From NCBI GenBank assembly GCA_964399055.1, contig CAYNPJ010000001.1, positions 1,255,347-1,319,346 on the forward strand: DNA of 64,000 nt, written 5' to 3'. The DNA comes from an uncultured Ignavibacteria bacterium (lineage in GTDB: Bacteria; Zixibacteria; MSB-5A5; DSPP01; RBG-1). Made by a program: the position numbers and the translations under genes. The notes beneath the pieces were generated by a model. The model was not told where the DNA came from, did not search any database, and saw only the letters and a program-made list of their open reading frames with translations. Positions 39,799 through 49,044 of this stretch are shown piece after piece (the first letter of the stretch is position 1; each line of letters begins with the position of its first letter).

Positions 39799-41685
39799 TT
39801 AAGTGTGCGTGCAGGGCGACCAGTCGCCCGGTTTGTTGAATACTAGATTCACCATTCTGATTACGTCTGCTAAAGTAATGTTGTTGTCGCAATTAGGGTC
39901 GCCGGCGATAAAAGGCACCGGCGCCAGTCCATTTTTAAAGATATAGTTCACCAGGAAGATAACATCCGTTAAAGTGTGCATTCCATCGCCATCGGCATCC
40001 CCCTCGGTAAAGATGCCGAAGCTGAATCTGCGCGAATACAGGCTCGAATCTCCTGAAGAATTAAAGCCTTTGACTCTCCAAAAATAGCCTCCATTGGCCA
40101 TGGAATCCGCCTGATAGGAAGTGGCAGCAATGCCGGTTATGGTAGTCTCCACTACCGCAAAATTAGAGTCACTGGCAATTTGTAAGGTGAAGCCGACAGC
40201 AGTGTCGTAATAGCCTACGGCCTGCCATTGAAACCAGGGGGTCTTATCTGAAGTATAAGAGCCATTGGCCGGAGAAGTCAGAAAAGGGGGATAGAAGCCG
40301 GAAAAACGTGAACCAAAGGCATCCTGATTATCCCTTCTGGTGTCGGTCCAAATCATGTTGACATAGCGGTCCACAGAATGCACCCCTATGTATTCGCCTA
40401 ACAGCTCAGCCAAGGGCGAAGCCTGAAGGGGTTGTTTCTCCGGGTCGAAGCCGGCAATCAGGCTGCTGGCTAAGGTCTGGGGGTAGGAAGAGGCATTAGT
40501 AATCCTCAAATTAGGGGTCCAGTTGTCTCCTCCGTCAAAAGACTGGGTCAGATATAAGTCAAAGTACAGGTTGGCCGGGTCGTTCCGCCGGTCAAAAAAT
40601 ATCACGCTGATAACTCCGTCTTCATTGACCGCAATCCAGGGGTGGAACTGGTCTCTGCCATTACCGACTGAATCATCATTGATTCTCAAGGGCGAGCTCC
40701 AGCTAGCCCCTCGGTCGGTCGATTTCCTGAAGAAAATATCGGCATCCCCGACCCGGTTCATGTAGGCCACATAAACATTGCCTTGGTAGGGTGAGCTATC
40801 TGAAATATCGGCTTCCAGAGCGCCGAAACTAAAGGTTCCTACCCCGCCTTTCAGGGTAACAAAGCCGCTCTGCAGGGAGGTCAAAGTCTGCTCGGCAGTG
40901 AAATTTACGCCGTCCGTAGAAGTTCTGAATCTGATTGAAGGAGGATTGTATCTCACCCAGGTCACATAGATTTTTCCGGTGTCATCGACAGTTACCGTGG
41001 GCCATTGCACCGAGCTGGCCCCGTCGCTAACCTGAACATTACTCCAGGTTTGGGCCGTGTCCTCTGATCTGGCAATCCTTATCTGCGTGCCGCCTTCATA
41101 AGGAAATCTGGTCCAGACAAAGTAGATATTGTCGGCATTGACGGATTTGCTTTTGTCTATGGCCATCCACTGCTTGTCCTCAAAGCCATAAAATCCATAA
41201 TCAGCAGACAACACCCGGCTGGGGATTGACCAGGTCTGTCCTCCGTCACTGGAAAAGTAAACACAGATGTCGCTGGCGTTACTGAAGGGGTCAAAGCATA
41301 GGGTATGGGCGATGAAATTACCATATTTGTCGACCCCTAAGCCGGGGTCGGATTCCCAGGTCAGTTCCGGATAGGTCTCGTAGGAGGCAAAGAGCTCGTC
41401 AGTCCAGCTGGCACCCCCATCAGTACTATAGCCGTGCCCCACCTGTCGGTAGCCGAGTCTGAAGTCCCGCCAGACTGCCACTACCTGATTAGTATTATAT
41501 GGATTGATGGCTATCATCTCCTCATTTTGAATCTGAGTGGTGTTATCGCTGTTGATTCTGACATTCTGCATGGTGTCGGAAGCTAAGGGGAGCCCTCTGA
41601 GCGCGGCCTGGGCCGACCAAGTTAGCCATAGCACAACTAAAACCATTAAAAGAAATGAGAATCTTATCTTGATTGACATGTGCAC
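39799..41685 (-). CDS. Secreted BNR/Asp-box (sialidase-like) beta-propeller with Ig/FN3-like and dockerin-like domains
   Basis: Asp boxes STDGGASW, SSDGGQTW, STDRGASW, SFDGGDNW; QNEEMIAINP; GDADGDG/GDPNCD tail; start may be the second Met (41679). Confidence 0.82.
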   Translation of the reverse strand: MHMSIKIRFSFLLMVLVVLWLTWSAQAALRGLPLASDTMQNVRINSDNTTQIQNEEMIAINPYNTNQVVAVWRDFRLGYRQVGHGYSTDGGASWTDELFASYETYPELTWESDPGLGVDKYGNFIAHTLCFDPFSNASDICVYFSSDGGQTWSIPSRVLSADYGFYGFEDKQWMAIDKSKSVNADNIYFVWTRFPYEGGTQIRIARSEDTAQTWSNVQVSDGASSVQWPTVTVDDTGKIYVTWVRYNPPSIRFRTSTDGVNFTAEQTLTSLQSGFVTLKGGVGTFSFGALEADISDSSPYQGNVYVAYMNRVGDADIFFRKSTDRGASWSSPLRINDDSVGNGRDQFHPWIAVNEDGVISVIFFDRRNDPANLYFDLYLTQSFDGGDNWTPNLRITNASSYPQTLASSLIAGFDPEKQPLQASPLAELLGEYIGVHSVDRYVNMIWTDTRRDNQDAFGSRFSGFYPPFLTSPANGSYTSDKTPWFQWQAVGYYDTAVGFTLQIASDSNFAVVETTITGIAATSYQADSMANGGYFWRVKGFNSSGDSSLYSRRFSFGIFTEGDADGDGMHTLTDVIFLVNYIFKNGLAPVPFIAGDPNCDNNITLADVIRMVNLVFNKPGDWSPCTHT

Positions 41686-41873
41686 CTCTGACTATTTAAG
41701 GGTGAGAAAGCATTTATCTTAATTAAACGCAGAATCAGTTCATTTGGTTTCAGAAGAAAGATAGAAGCTAAGGGCTGAGACCCCAACGTTTCTTAACTGT
41801 TGCGGACTTCTCAGAGATACCTCACACTGTTAGTGCTTCGGAAATGCTCGACCTTCTGACGACTTACAGAACA

Positions 41874-41901
41874 AATTTAAGCCAAATCAGGCTTTCGTCA
41901 A
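41874..41901 (-). promoter_or_regulatory. Possible sigma70 promoter giving a long (~180 nt) leader for the 39799-41685 gene
   Basis: Minus strand TTGACG-16nt-TAAATT. Confidence 0.4.
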
Positions 41902-41967
41902 GCCCAAATTTGCTATCCTGGCAGTCGCAAAGGAGAGCCAGCGGACGACCTGGCTGAGGATGGGCCG

Positions 41968-43740
41968 TTAAGTACCAAAGCTGGGTGCCGGACTAAACTG
42001 CGGGGCCTCTTTTTGGAGAACCTCGCTGCTCCCGACAGGATTCAAAGGAAGTTCTACCACAAAAGTGGTCCCAGCATTCTCCTGGGTGACAAACGATATC
42101 TTACCCTGGTGGGCGGTGACGATGCCGAAACTGGTGGAGAGCCCCAGCCCTTTGCCCTCGCCTATCTGTCTGGTGGTGAAAAAGGGGTCGAAGATTTTGC
42201 TCTGAATCTCAGCCGGAATCCCCGGACCGGTATCGGCGATTTCAAAGCGGCACCAGCTTTCGCCACAAGAGGAGCTGATGATAATCTTCCCTCCGCTGTT
42301 GTGCATGGCCTGGTAGGCATTGGTGATGATGTTGGAGAAAACTTGCTGGATTTTAATCTCATCCACCAGAAGATAAGGCAGGCTCTGGTCCAATCTCAGC
42401 TCTAATTTAATGTTGGCTGAACTAAGGCGATACTCCATCAAATCCACGGTCTTCTGTAAGGTCTGATTGAGATTGACAAAGTCTTTGCGGTGGGGAATCT
42501 TCTGGGCAAAATCAGTCAAAGAGTCCACTAATCTCTTACACTCGGTGGCGCTGTTCTCGATTTTCTGCGCTTTCTGCTGAACCGGCTCCGGCACATTGGC
42601 CTGATTAAGCATCTGGGCGCATATCAGAATGGGAGTGAGATTATTGTTAAGCTCGTGCGCTATGCCGCTGGAGAGGTATCCTAAAGAGGTGAATTTGTCC
42701 AAAAAGGCCATCTCCTCTTCCCATCTCCTCTTCTGGGTTACATCCCGCAGGAAGACGATGAGGCTATTGGATAAGGTCCCGTTGGAGTAAGCATAGGCCG
42801 AAACGTTGAGCCGGGCCCCCTTACCGTCCTGAATCTCAGTCTCCACCTTATCCTTCCCCTCTCCGACCAACTTTATCAATTGACAGACCGGACAGGGCCG
42901 CGTTTCTTTGAAAATAGAATCGTGACAGGTCCGATTCACCTGATTGCCATATCTATTCTGAGCGGCCTGGTTCATATAGCGTATTATTCCCTGTGCGTCT
43001 ACTAATAGCACGCTGTCGGCTATGTGGTCTAAGAGCTTATCCGTAAGGGGTTTTTCCTCCGTGATGGTCTGACTGACTTTCTGCTCCACCACGATGAACT
43101 GCTTGCCGGTCTTGTTCAGGGCCGCGCTGTCGAATTTGTTCTTCCACTGTTCTAACAGAAACTGGTCAGCCGGAACATAAGTGGGGCTTGGTCCGCTGTA
43201 ATTTTCAGTGGCTAAATGGGGATGGGTTAGCATGGCCCGATAAAGATGCTTGGCCGGAAACAAAGCCGGGTCATACATGCAAATGCAACTGAAATTCTTA
43301 TGCTTAATATATTCACTTACTCTTGTCTCGTAGGTAAACAGATTCTCCCAGACATCCCAGGCTTTGAGAGCCCAGCTCATCTCCCCTATCCCCCTTACTC
43401 CTTTGAAGCCGGCTGACAGGGCATTCTGATAAACGCTGTCTAACTTTCCTAAGACCTCCTCGATTGAGAAACGACCCCCGGACAGATAAAAACTCTCAGG
43501 GTCTATAAACTCCAGTTCCTTCTGAGCTATTCTCTCTGGAAGATTATCCACTTTCCGGTCTAACAGCTGGCTAATCTGCGCCTGCAATCCATGCGCTACA
43601 GCCACCGCCCCTTTTTCGCCCTTTTGCAATCCGGCTGCTAAAAAATCACCTACTAACTCGACCTGTTTGGCCGTGTCTCTAAACAGGGCGCAGATATGCT
43701 TGGAGCCGCTGTGGCTGGGAGCCTGGTTGAGATTCTCCAT
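41968..43740 (-). CDS. MEDS-PAS sensor histidine kinase (NtrB-like HisKA/HATPase)
   Basis: N-terminal HICALF...F...GL..GEK, RG.GEMSWAL, YE...ICMYD (MEDS); PAS; GIAHELNN H-box; QVFSNII.NA, DTGPGI, FDPFFTT, G.GLGLS. Confidence 0.9.
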   Translation of the reverse strand: MENLNQAPSHSGSKHICALFRDTAKQVELVGDFLAAGLQKGEKGAVAVAHGLQAQISQLLDRKVDNLPERIAQKELEFIDPESFYLSGGRFSIEEVLGKLDSVYQNALSAGFKGVRGIGEMSWALKAWDVWENLFTYETRVSEYIKHKNFSCICMYDPALFPAKHLYRAMLTHPHLATENYSGPSPTYVPADQFLLEQWKNKFDSAALNKTGKQFIVVEQKVSQTITEEKPLTDKLLDHIADSVLLVDAQGIIRYMNQAAQNRYGNQVNRTCHDSIFKETRPCPVCQLIKLVGEGKDKVETEIQDGKGARLNVSAYAYSNGTLSNSLIVFLRDVTQKRRWEEEMAFLDKFTSLGYLSSGIAHELNNNLTPILICAQMLNQANVPEPVQQKAQKIENSATECKRLVDSLTDFAQKIPHRKDFVNLNQTLQKTVDLMEYRLSSANIKLELRLDQSLPYLLVDEIKIQQVFSNIITNAYQAMHNSGGKIIISSSCGESWCRFEIADTGPGIPAEIQSKIFDPFFTTRQIGEGKGLGLSTSFGIVTAHQGKISFVTQENAGTTFVVELPLNPVGSSEVLQKEAPQFSPAPSFGT

Positions 43741-43842
43741 ATTATGCGTTCTAAGTGACAGAACCTGACACTCTTAGCTTTTACTATTTAATCGGAAGAG
43801 GCTGGCGATTCTTTAAAGCTATCCTGTTTTGTATGAAAACCA

Positions 43843-43871
43843 AACAGCCCTGCCTTCCTGACAGGGCTGTT
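43843..43871 (-). terminator. Intrinsic terminator after the FlgD-domain protein
   Basis: ACAGCCCTG...CAGGGCTGT with downstream T-rich run on the minus strand. Confidence 0.7.
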
Positions 43872-43892
43872 GTCTCTTGAGTTTCTTTGGCT

Positions 43893-45665
43893 TTAACGGA
43901 TTAGAACCATTTTCTGGGTCATGCTCGACTGAGAGGTTTTTAGTCTGTAAAAGTACACTCCAGAGGCCAAATCTCTGCCGGATTGGTCTTTTCCGTCCCA
44001 GCTGACCGATTTGTAGCCGGGTGTCTGATACTCGGAAACCAGGGTTCTAACTTTCTGACCCAGAAGATTGTAGATTTCTAAGCTGACCTTACCGCTGGCG
44101 GCCAATTCGTAGTCAATTCGGGTGGCCGCATTGAACGGATTGGGGAAGTTCTGGCGTAAGGCGAAACTCTTGGGCAGATTGCCTGGCAGACCATCATCTC
44201 CCACACCGGTTGATATGACCTGCAAGGACTCTTCATAGGCAATCCAGCCGGAGTTCTGAGCATTGCTGTCGCTGAGGTTACAATTGATTTCGTAATTCCC
44301 CTGCGTACCTGTAACCTGAACGTTCAGGTAGGCTAAAGCAGAGAAGCTTCCAGCAGGCAGACTGTCAAACATGATTTTAGTCCCCTGGCTGACAAAAGCG
44401 GGCGACCAGATGCCGCTCCAGTTATTATAGGGGTAGAAGGTGGCATTGCCGTGGTTTTCCACGGTTGCGGAGAGACTGATGGTGCTATTAGGCCCGGTCT
44501 GATTGCTGGTGTCAACCTCATTGGGGTAGAAAGATATGTCGGTAATCCTTAAGATTCTCTGGATTAATTGGGCATCTGCCAGGGCCTTGTTGTTTCCGCC
44601 GTCATTGGAGACCAATACCTCGAAATTAGTGTAATTGTCATAAGGGATATTGTCCATGCTGGCCACGGTGAGGGTAAATTCAGCTGAATCGCTGGGAGAG
44701 ATGACCAGAACTCCATTCCCCTGGGCAAAAGTGACCTGGTCCTGTACCCCGCTCTGGTCTATGCTGACTGTGTCCCAATCCAGGCTGGAGCCGATGGTGT
44801 GCAGGCTGGGAGAAGAAGCGGCATAGAATCTGGAGGAACTGAAAGCCCCGCCAGGTAAACGGAACCTCACCCAATCAATGGGAAGCGCCCCCTGGCCCGG
44901 AGTCGCAGATTTCAAAGCAAAGGTAAGATTATAATTAGCGGCATCCGAGAGCACCCAGCTGATGCGCTCCGGATGGAGATTGTAATCGTAATTATAGCCG
45001 CTGTTCTGAATACTGGTAATCTGAGTCTGGAAGGCCTTGCCTAAGATAAAGCTCTCAATCCCGGGATTGTTTATTCCAGTAGAGGTTCCCTGCCAGTAGC
45101 CGTTGGTTTTGGCGATTAAAGTATAGGGACTGCCTGCTCCGGGCAGGTAACCGAAGTCATAGTGACCTGAACTGTCGCTGAAAGCGACTCCGGCTAAGTC
45201 TCCGCTCTGGTCAAAGGCCCAGATTTCCGCCTCTTGAACAATCTTAAGCCCGGTGTTCAGGTCATACAAATCCCCGTAGATGTGATTGACATTGGGCTGA
45301 ATGTTTAGTCCCAGACCAGTGGTATCAAAGGGAATATTCAGTTTGATGTCCGTAACGAAGCTGGGAGGACTGTCGGTCGAGCCATCCCAGCTCACTACCC
45401 CTAAATCATAAGTGCCGGAGAGAGCGCAAGGGATGTCAAAACTGTAGTTGGGATAGGTACCGGTGACCGGAGACATGCACTCTATCTGCAATGAGTAAGG
45501 GTCAATCTGCGCCTGATGCGGCATGGCAAAGACCATCACCGTGGCGCCGCCTGCGCCAATGCGGTTGTCGGTAATGGTGCCCGAAAGTCCCCAGGCTGTC
45601 CCGGAAATTATAAGAACCCAGAATAATGCTAAGAATACTGAAACTAACTTTTGGCGATTTTTCAT
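43893..45665 (-). CDS. Secreted multi-Ig-like protein with C-terminal FlgD-Ig/T9SS-type sorting domain
   Basis: Signal peptide; C-terminal F.L.QNFPNPFNA.T.I.Y.L, IYNLLGQKVRTL, WDGKD..G..LASGVYFYRL, KMVLIR. Confidence 0.85.
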   Translation of the reverse strand: MKNRQKLVSVFLALFWVLIISGTAWGLSGTITDNRIGAGGATVMVFAMPHQAQIDPYSLQIECMSPVTGTYPNYSFDIPCALSGTYDLGVVSWDGSTDSPPSFVTDIKLNIPFDTTGLGLNIQPNVNHIYGDLYDLNTGLKIVQEAEIWAFDQSGDLAGVAFSDSSGHYDFGYLPGAGSPYTLIAKTNGYWQGTSTGINNPGIESFILGKAFQTQITSIQNSGYNYDYNLHPERISWVLSDAANYNLTFALKSATPGQGALPIDWVRFRLPGGAFSSSRFYAASSPSLHTIGSSLDWDTVSIDQSGVQDQVTFAQGNGVLVISPSDSAEFTLTVASMDNIPYDNYTNFEVLVSNDGGNNKALADAQLIQRILRITDISFYPNEVDTSNQTGPNSTISLSATVENHGNATFYPYNNWSGIWSPAFVSQGTKIMFDSLPAGSFSALAYLNVQVTGTQGNYEINCNLSDSNAQNSGWIAYEESLQVISTGVGDDGLPGNLPKSFALRQNFPNPFNAATRIDYELAASGKVSLEIYNLLGQKVRTLVSEYQTPGYKSVSWDGKDQSGRDLASGVYFYRLKTSQSSMTQKMVLIR

Positions 45666-45914
45666 CTGCCCTCCTCTGTTCTTTAAATGTTGGTCTGTCT
45701 ATTTACAGAGAAATTATCGGCATCCTCTCCGGTTGATTAACTCTTGCCGGAGCGACAAGACTCAACATTCCATCCCCAATAATCCACTTACCTTTCCGCC
45801 GGTGCAGCCAACTTTACAATTGACAACCATTGTTATTAGATTATCTTTATATTTAAGCCGGATTTATCCTGTATTTTTAACAGTCGTTGCCGAAATCTTT
45901 TTCAAAGGAGAGCC

Positions 45915-47864
45915 ATGCAGTTTGTTCAAAAATTTCACAGAGTCTCAATCTCCATTCTCAGCTTCATAACCGGATTAACCCTGATTATTTGTTCTTCTGA
46001 CTTCGCTCTCTCGGCTGATTCCCCTCAGTCTGCTTCAATCGAAAGAAATCTGCCCTCTTACTACATTTATCATGGTCAAAGAGTGGAACTGGAATTGAGG
46101 AGTAATCAATTAGCAGTCACTCTGCGGAATTCTTCCAAGCTCGACCGCTTGATGCCAGGTTCAGCCGCCCTGGGTGTCGATTTTTCCTCGGCCGAGTTTA
46201 CCGGCGCTGCCGGAAAATACTTGGTTGAGCTTTCTGTTCCGGTCTCTGATGTCTATCAGGCCGACCAGCAGATAACTAGCTTGCTTTCTAATCCTGAAAT
46301 CTCCTTTGCCTCTCCGGTATTTCAGGGACTAAACAACACCTGGATTACCATGACCCCGGAGATTCTTCTGCAGTTCAAACCGGAGTATCAAGGGCAAGCA
46401 GAGGTCTTGCTGAAAGAATTAGCCCCGGAATTGGATATTGTGCAGAAGGATTTTGGCCATCTGCCAGGCGCTTATCGCTTGAAGAGTTCATTTTCTAATG
46501 GCTTTGAAGTTCTGGCAGTAGCTAACCGTTTGGCTGAGGACTACCACTTCCACTGGGCTGAGCCCAACGCCTTTTTCAGCGGCGGTGCAGCCTTGATTCC
46601 TAATGACACTTATTTCTCCAGCCTGTGGGGGATTCTCAACACCGGCCAGTTTTCCGGCACGCCGGACCGGGACATGGACGGCGACAGTGCCTGGGATTAC
46701 CACACCGGAGATGCCGGCATAAAAGTTTTAATTTTAGATGTGGGAGTACAGCAGGACCATCCGGATATTAACCAATTGCCAGGAGCTGACTTTACCGGCG
46801 AAGGGGGAGGTGGAGGCCCGGTTAATGCTTGCGACAAGCATGGAACCGCAGTAGCCGGATGTGTTTCAGCTATTATCAACAATTCTCTTGGAGTAGTCGG
46901 CATCGCCCCGGGCTGCAAGTCCCTGTCAGCCCGGCCCTTCATCTCCAATCTCTCCTGCGACGGTAGCTGGAGCACAAGTGCCAGCTGGACCGTGGATGCT
47001 TTGGACTGGGGAGAACAGCAGGGAGCCCGGGTCAGCAACAACAGCAATTATTATGGCTTTACCTCCAGCGCCATCGAGGCCAAATACAATTCCACCTGGA
47101 CCAATGGCATGGTTCATTTCGCCGCTGCTGGAAATTTCTCCAGCTACACCATAACTTATCCGGCCTCCATTCCCATCGTAAATGCCATAGCCGCGTTGCA
47201 ACCCAATGGAACCTTGGCCTCTTTCAGCAACAAGGGTAACGGCCTGGATTTTTGTGCACCCGGACAGACCATTTACTCAACTGACCAGACCGGCGTGGAC
47301 GGTTACGTATCTGGAGATTACGTAATTATTAACGGGACGTCCTTTGCCTCCCCTTATTCTGCCGGAGTGGCAGCTCTGATACTTTCACAGAATTCAGGGT
47401 TAACTTCAGCCCAGGTCGAAGATATTATGAAATGCTCGGCCCAGGATTTAGGCGCCACCGGATACGAGATCCTTTATGGCTGGGGACAGGTGAATGCCGA
47501 GAATGCCCTCTTGAATACGCCGGAGAGTGACGCCGACACTGACGGGTTTGCCGACCAGTGCGATGTCTGTCCCAATTATTTTAATCCTTTGCAAATTTAT
47601 GCCAAAGCCGGTGACGCCAATGCCAGTAATAACTATACTTTGAGTGACGTTATCGCTATCGTGAATTACGTTTTCAGCAAACCGGGATGTATGCCGGAAT
47701 ATCTCTGCTGGCTGACCAACCTGCTCTGCCGGGGAGATTGGAACGCCAGCGCTAATGTGACTTTGAGTGACGTAGTTCAGGCTGTGAATTACGTATTCAA
47801 CAAACCCGGCGGTCCCTGGAGTCCCCTGCCGGTAAGTGATTGCTGTGTTCCCTATAATCAGTGA
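45915..47864 (+). CDS. Secreted subtilisin-like serine protease (S8) with Cys-rich dockerin-like tail
   Basis: Catalytic ILDVG, HGTAVAG, GTSFASP; GYG.VNA-like end; GDANASN...GDWNAS tail. Confidence 0.93.
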   Translation: MQFVQKFHRVSISILSFITGLTLIICSSDFALSADSPQSASIERNLPSYYIYHGQRVELELRSNQLAVTLRNSSKLDRLMPGSAALGVDFSSAEFTGAAGKYLVELSVPVSDVYQADQQITSLLSNPEISFASPVFQGLNNTWITMTPEILLQFKPEYQGQAEVLLKELAPELDIVQKDFGHLPGAYRLKSSFSNGFEVLAVANRLAEDYHFHWAEPNAFFSGGAALIPNDTYFSSLWGILNTGQFSGTPDRDMDGDSAWDYHTGDAGIKVLILDVGVQQDHPDINQLPGADFTGEGGGGGPVNACDKHGTAVAGCVSAIINNSLGVVGIAPGCKSLSARPFISNLSCDGSWSTSASWTVDALDWGEQQGARVSNNSNYYGFTSSAIEAKYNSTWTNGMVHFAAAGNFSSYTITYPASIPIVNAIAALQPNGTLASFSNKGNGLDFCAPGQTIYSTDQTGVDGYVSGDYVIINGTSFASPYSAGVAALILSQNSGLTSAQVEDIMKCSAQDLGATGYEILYGWGQVNAENALLNTPESDADTDGFADQCDVCPNYFNPLQIYAKAGDANASNNYTLSDVIAIVNYVFSKPGCMPEYLCWLTNLLCRGDWNASANVTLSDVVQAVNYVFNKPGGPWSPLPVSDCCVPYNQ

Positions 47865-47887
47865 GAACTAAATATCCTTAGCTTGTA

Positions 47888-47915
47888 GGCGGGGTTTTCC
47901 TACCCCGCCTTTTTT
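47888..47915 (+). terminator. Terminator-like hairpin after S8 protease (GTAG-preceded, REP-like)
   Basis: GGCGGGG-ttttccta-CCCCGCC followed by TTTTTT. Confidence 0.8.
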
Positions 47916-47990
47916 ATTCCCTCTCCTATTAGTGAAGGGTAGGGTGGGTGTCAGTGGCTTTACTTTTCGACTCCTTTCCTCATCTTAATT

Positions 47991-48130
47991 CCCTCCCCTT
48001 CAGGGGAGGGTTAGGGAGGGGTCAGTCAACCCTTAATTTTAATAATGGATTCTCTCAAAAAACCACTCTTTTATTTCTTCACTCCCTTCCTCACCAGTCC
48101 CCTCCCCTAGAGGAGAGGGCCGGGGTGAGG
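47991..48130. repeat. Family B purine/pyrimidine palindromes (two units)
   Basis: CCCTCCCCTT-CAGGGGAGGG..GGGAGGGG (47991-48022) and CCCTCCCCTAGAGGAGAGGG..GGGGTGAGG (48099-48130). Confidence 0.75.
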
Positions 48131-48141
48131 TTTTCCTCTTT

Positions 48142-48182
48142 GTCATTCTGAGTTCCGAGCGCAGCCGAGGGACGAAGAATCT
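48142..48182. repeat. Family A palindromic repeat, half element
   Basis: GTCATTCTGAG...GAAGAATCT left arm. Confidence 0.65.
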
Positions 48183-48186
48183 CTCT

Positions 48187-48495
48187 TTACTTCTTCACCC
48201 CCTTCCTCACCAGCGCCGCCTTGGCCGCTCTCAAAGCCACTTCCCTGTCCACTCCGGTAATCTCCATAATCTCTTCTACGGCCTGGTCAATCCAGGAGGC
48301 CCAGCCGGAGTTGGGATATTTTAGAATAAGAGAAGAGGTAACTTCATCGGCTATGAGCAAAATATGCTCGGCCAACTTCTTTCTCTTCTCTGTGGCCAAA
48401 AAAGGGACTAAGTACTTCTGCGCCAGCCATCCCAAGACTAAAATTCCCAGAGAGCCTAGGCTGGGAAATATACTGCTGGAAATGAAATCAAACAT
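48187..48495 (-). CDS. Holin-like protein (LL-H-like, single N-terminal TM)
   Basis: TM segment then amphipathic helices and basic C-terminus; adjacent to endolysin; RBS GGAGG. Confidence 0.6.
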   Translation of the reverse strand: MFDFISSSIFPSLGSLGILVLGWLAQKYLVPFLATEKRKKLAEHILLIADEVTSSLILKYPNSGWASWIDQAVEEIMEITGVDREVALRAAKAALVRKGVKK

Positions 48496-48525
48496 AATTC
48501 CTCCATTTAGTTTTCAGTTAAACGT

Positions 48526-48924
48526 TTACTCGCGCAATGGCTCCACTGACAGATGAATATGAAACTTATCCCCCTGTCCGTGGAGCAAGACTGCAGGCAG
48601 CCTATCTCTCCGGGGAAAATACTTTTGTACGAATGACTGGATATTTTCTAATTCATACAGACTGAAGTAATTCCGGTGCGCCCGAATATCGACTGCCCGG
48701 CACTGCGGTAGACAGAAATGAGCTGAGCGCTTCTTTTCTCCATAAATAGTAAATTGCTCCTCTTCAGTCCTCCACACACAGGTGATAATCAGGTCCTTGT
48801 CGAACATTTTTCCACACCACAGTGCCAGCTCCGAGGCAGCCGCCCTTATTCTGGGGTCGGTCCTCCCCAGGTCGTAAAACTCTTCTTTTAACTTTGGCGT
48901 TTTAAACTTAATCATCGTTGTCAA
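48526..48924 (-). CDS. Peptidase M15-like endolysin
   Basis: IT...RT.EEQ, SAH......AVDIR, HIHLS zinc peptidase motifs; start may be the ATG at 48915. Confidence 0.75.
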   Translation of the reverse strand: MTTMIKFKTPKLKEEFYDLGRTDPRIRAAASELALWCGKMFDKDLIITCVWRTEEEQFTIYGEKKRSAHFCLPQCRAVDIRAHRNYFSLYELENIQSFVQKYFPRRDRLPAVLLHGQGDKFHIHLSVEPLRE

Positions 48925-48942
48925 TTCAATTTTACCAAACTT

Positions 48943-49018
48943 ACCTCTCCCCTTCCCTCCCCTAAGAGGGGAGGGTGTTAAGTCCCCTCTCCTTTAAGGG
49001 GAGGGACAGGGAGGGGTT
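48943..49018. repeat. Family B element (two internal hairpins)
   Basis: ACCTCTCC..CCCTCCCCTAAGAGGGGAGGG..CCCTCTCCTTTAAGGGGAGGG..GGAGGGGT. Confidence 0.75.
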
Positions 49019-49044
49019 AGTTCGCTTATCCACAATCCATAATA

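Noticed and set aside
388-46703. Numerous antisense/alternate-frame ORFs in the six-frame track (e.g. 10247-10591, 27467-27883, 42013-42405)
   Set aside because: Fully nested in well-supported genes on the other strand or frame; typical shadow ORFs.
47865-48186. attL/attR or tRNA integration site at the left edge of the phage module
   Set aside because: No tRNA/tmRNA or unique direct repeat is visible; only terminator and REP-like elements.
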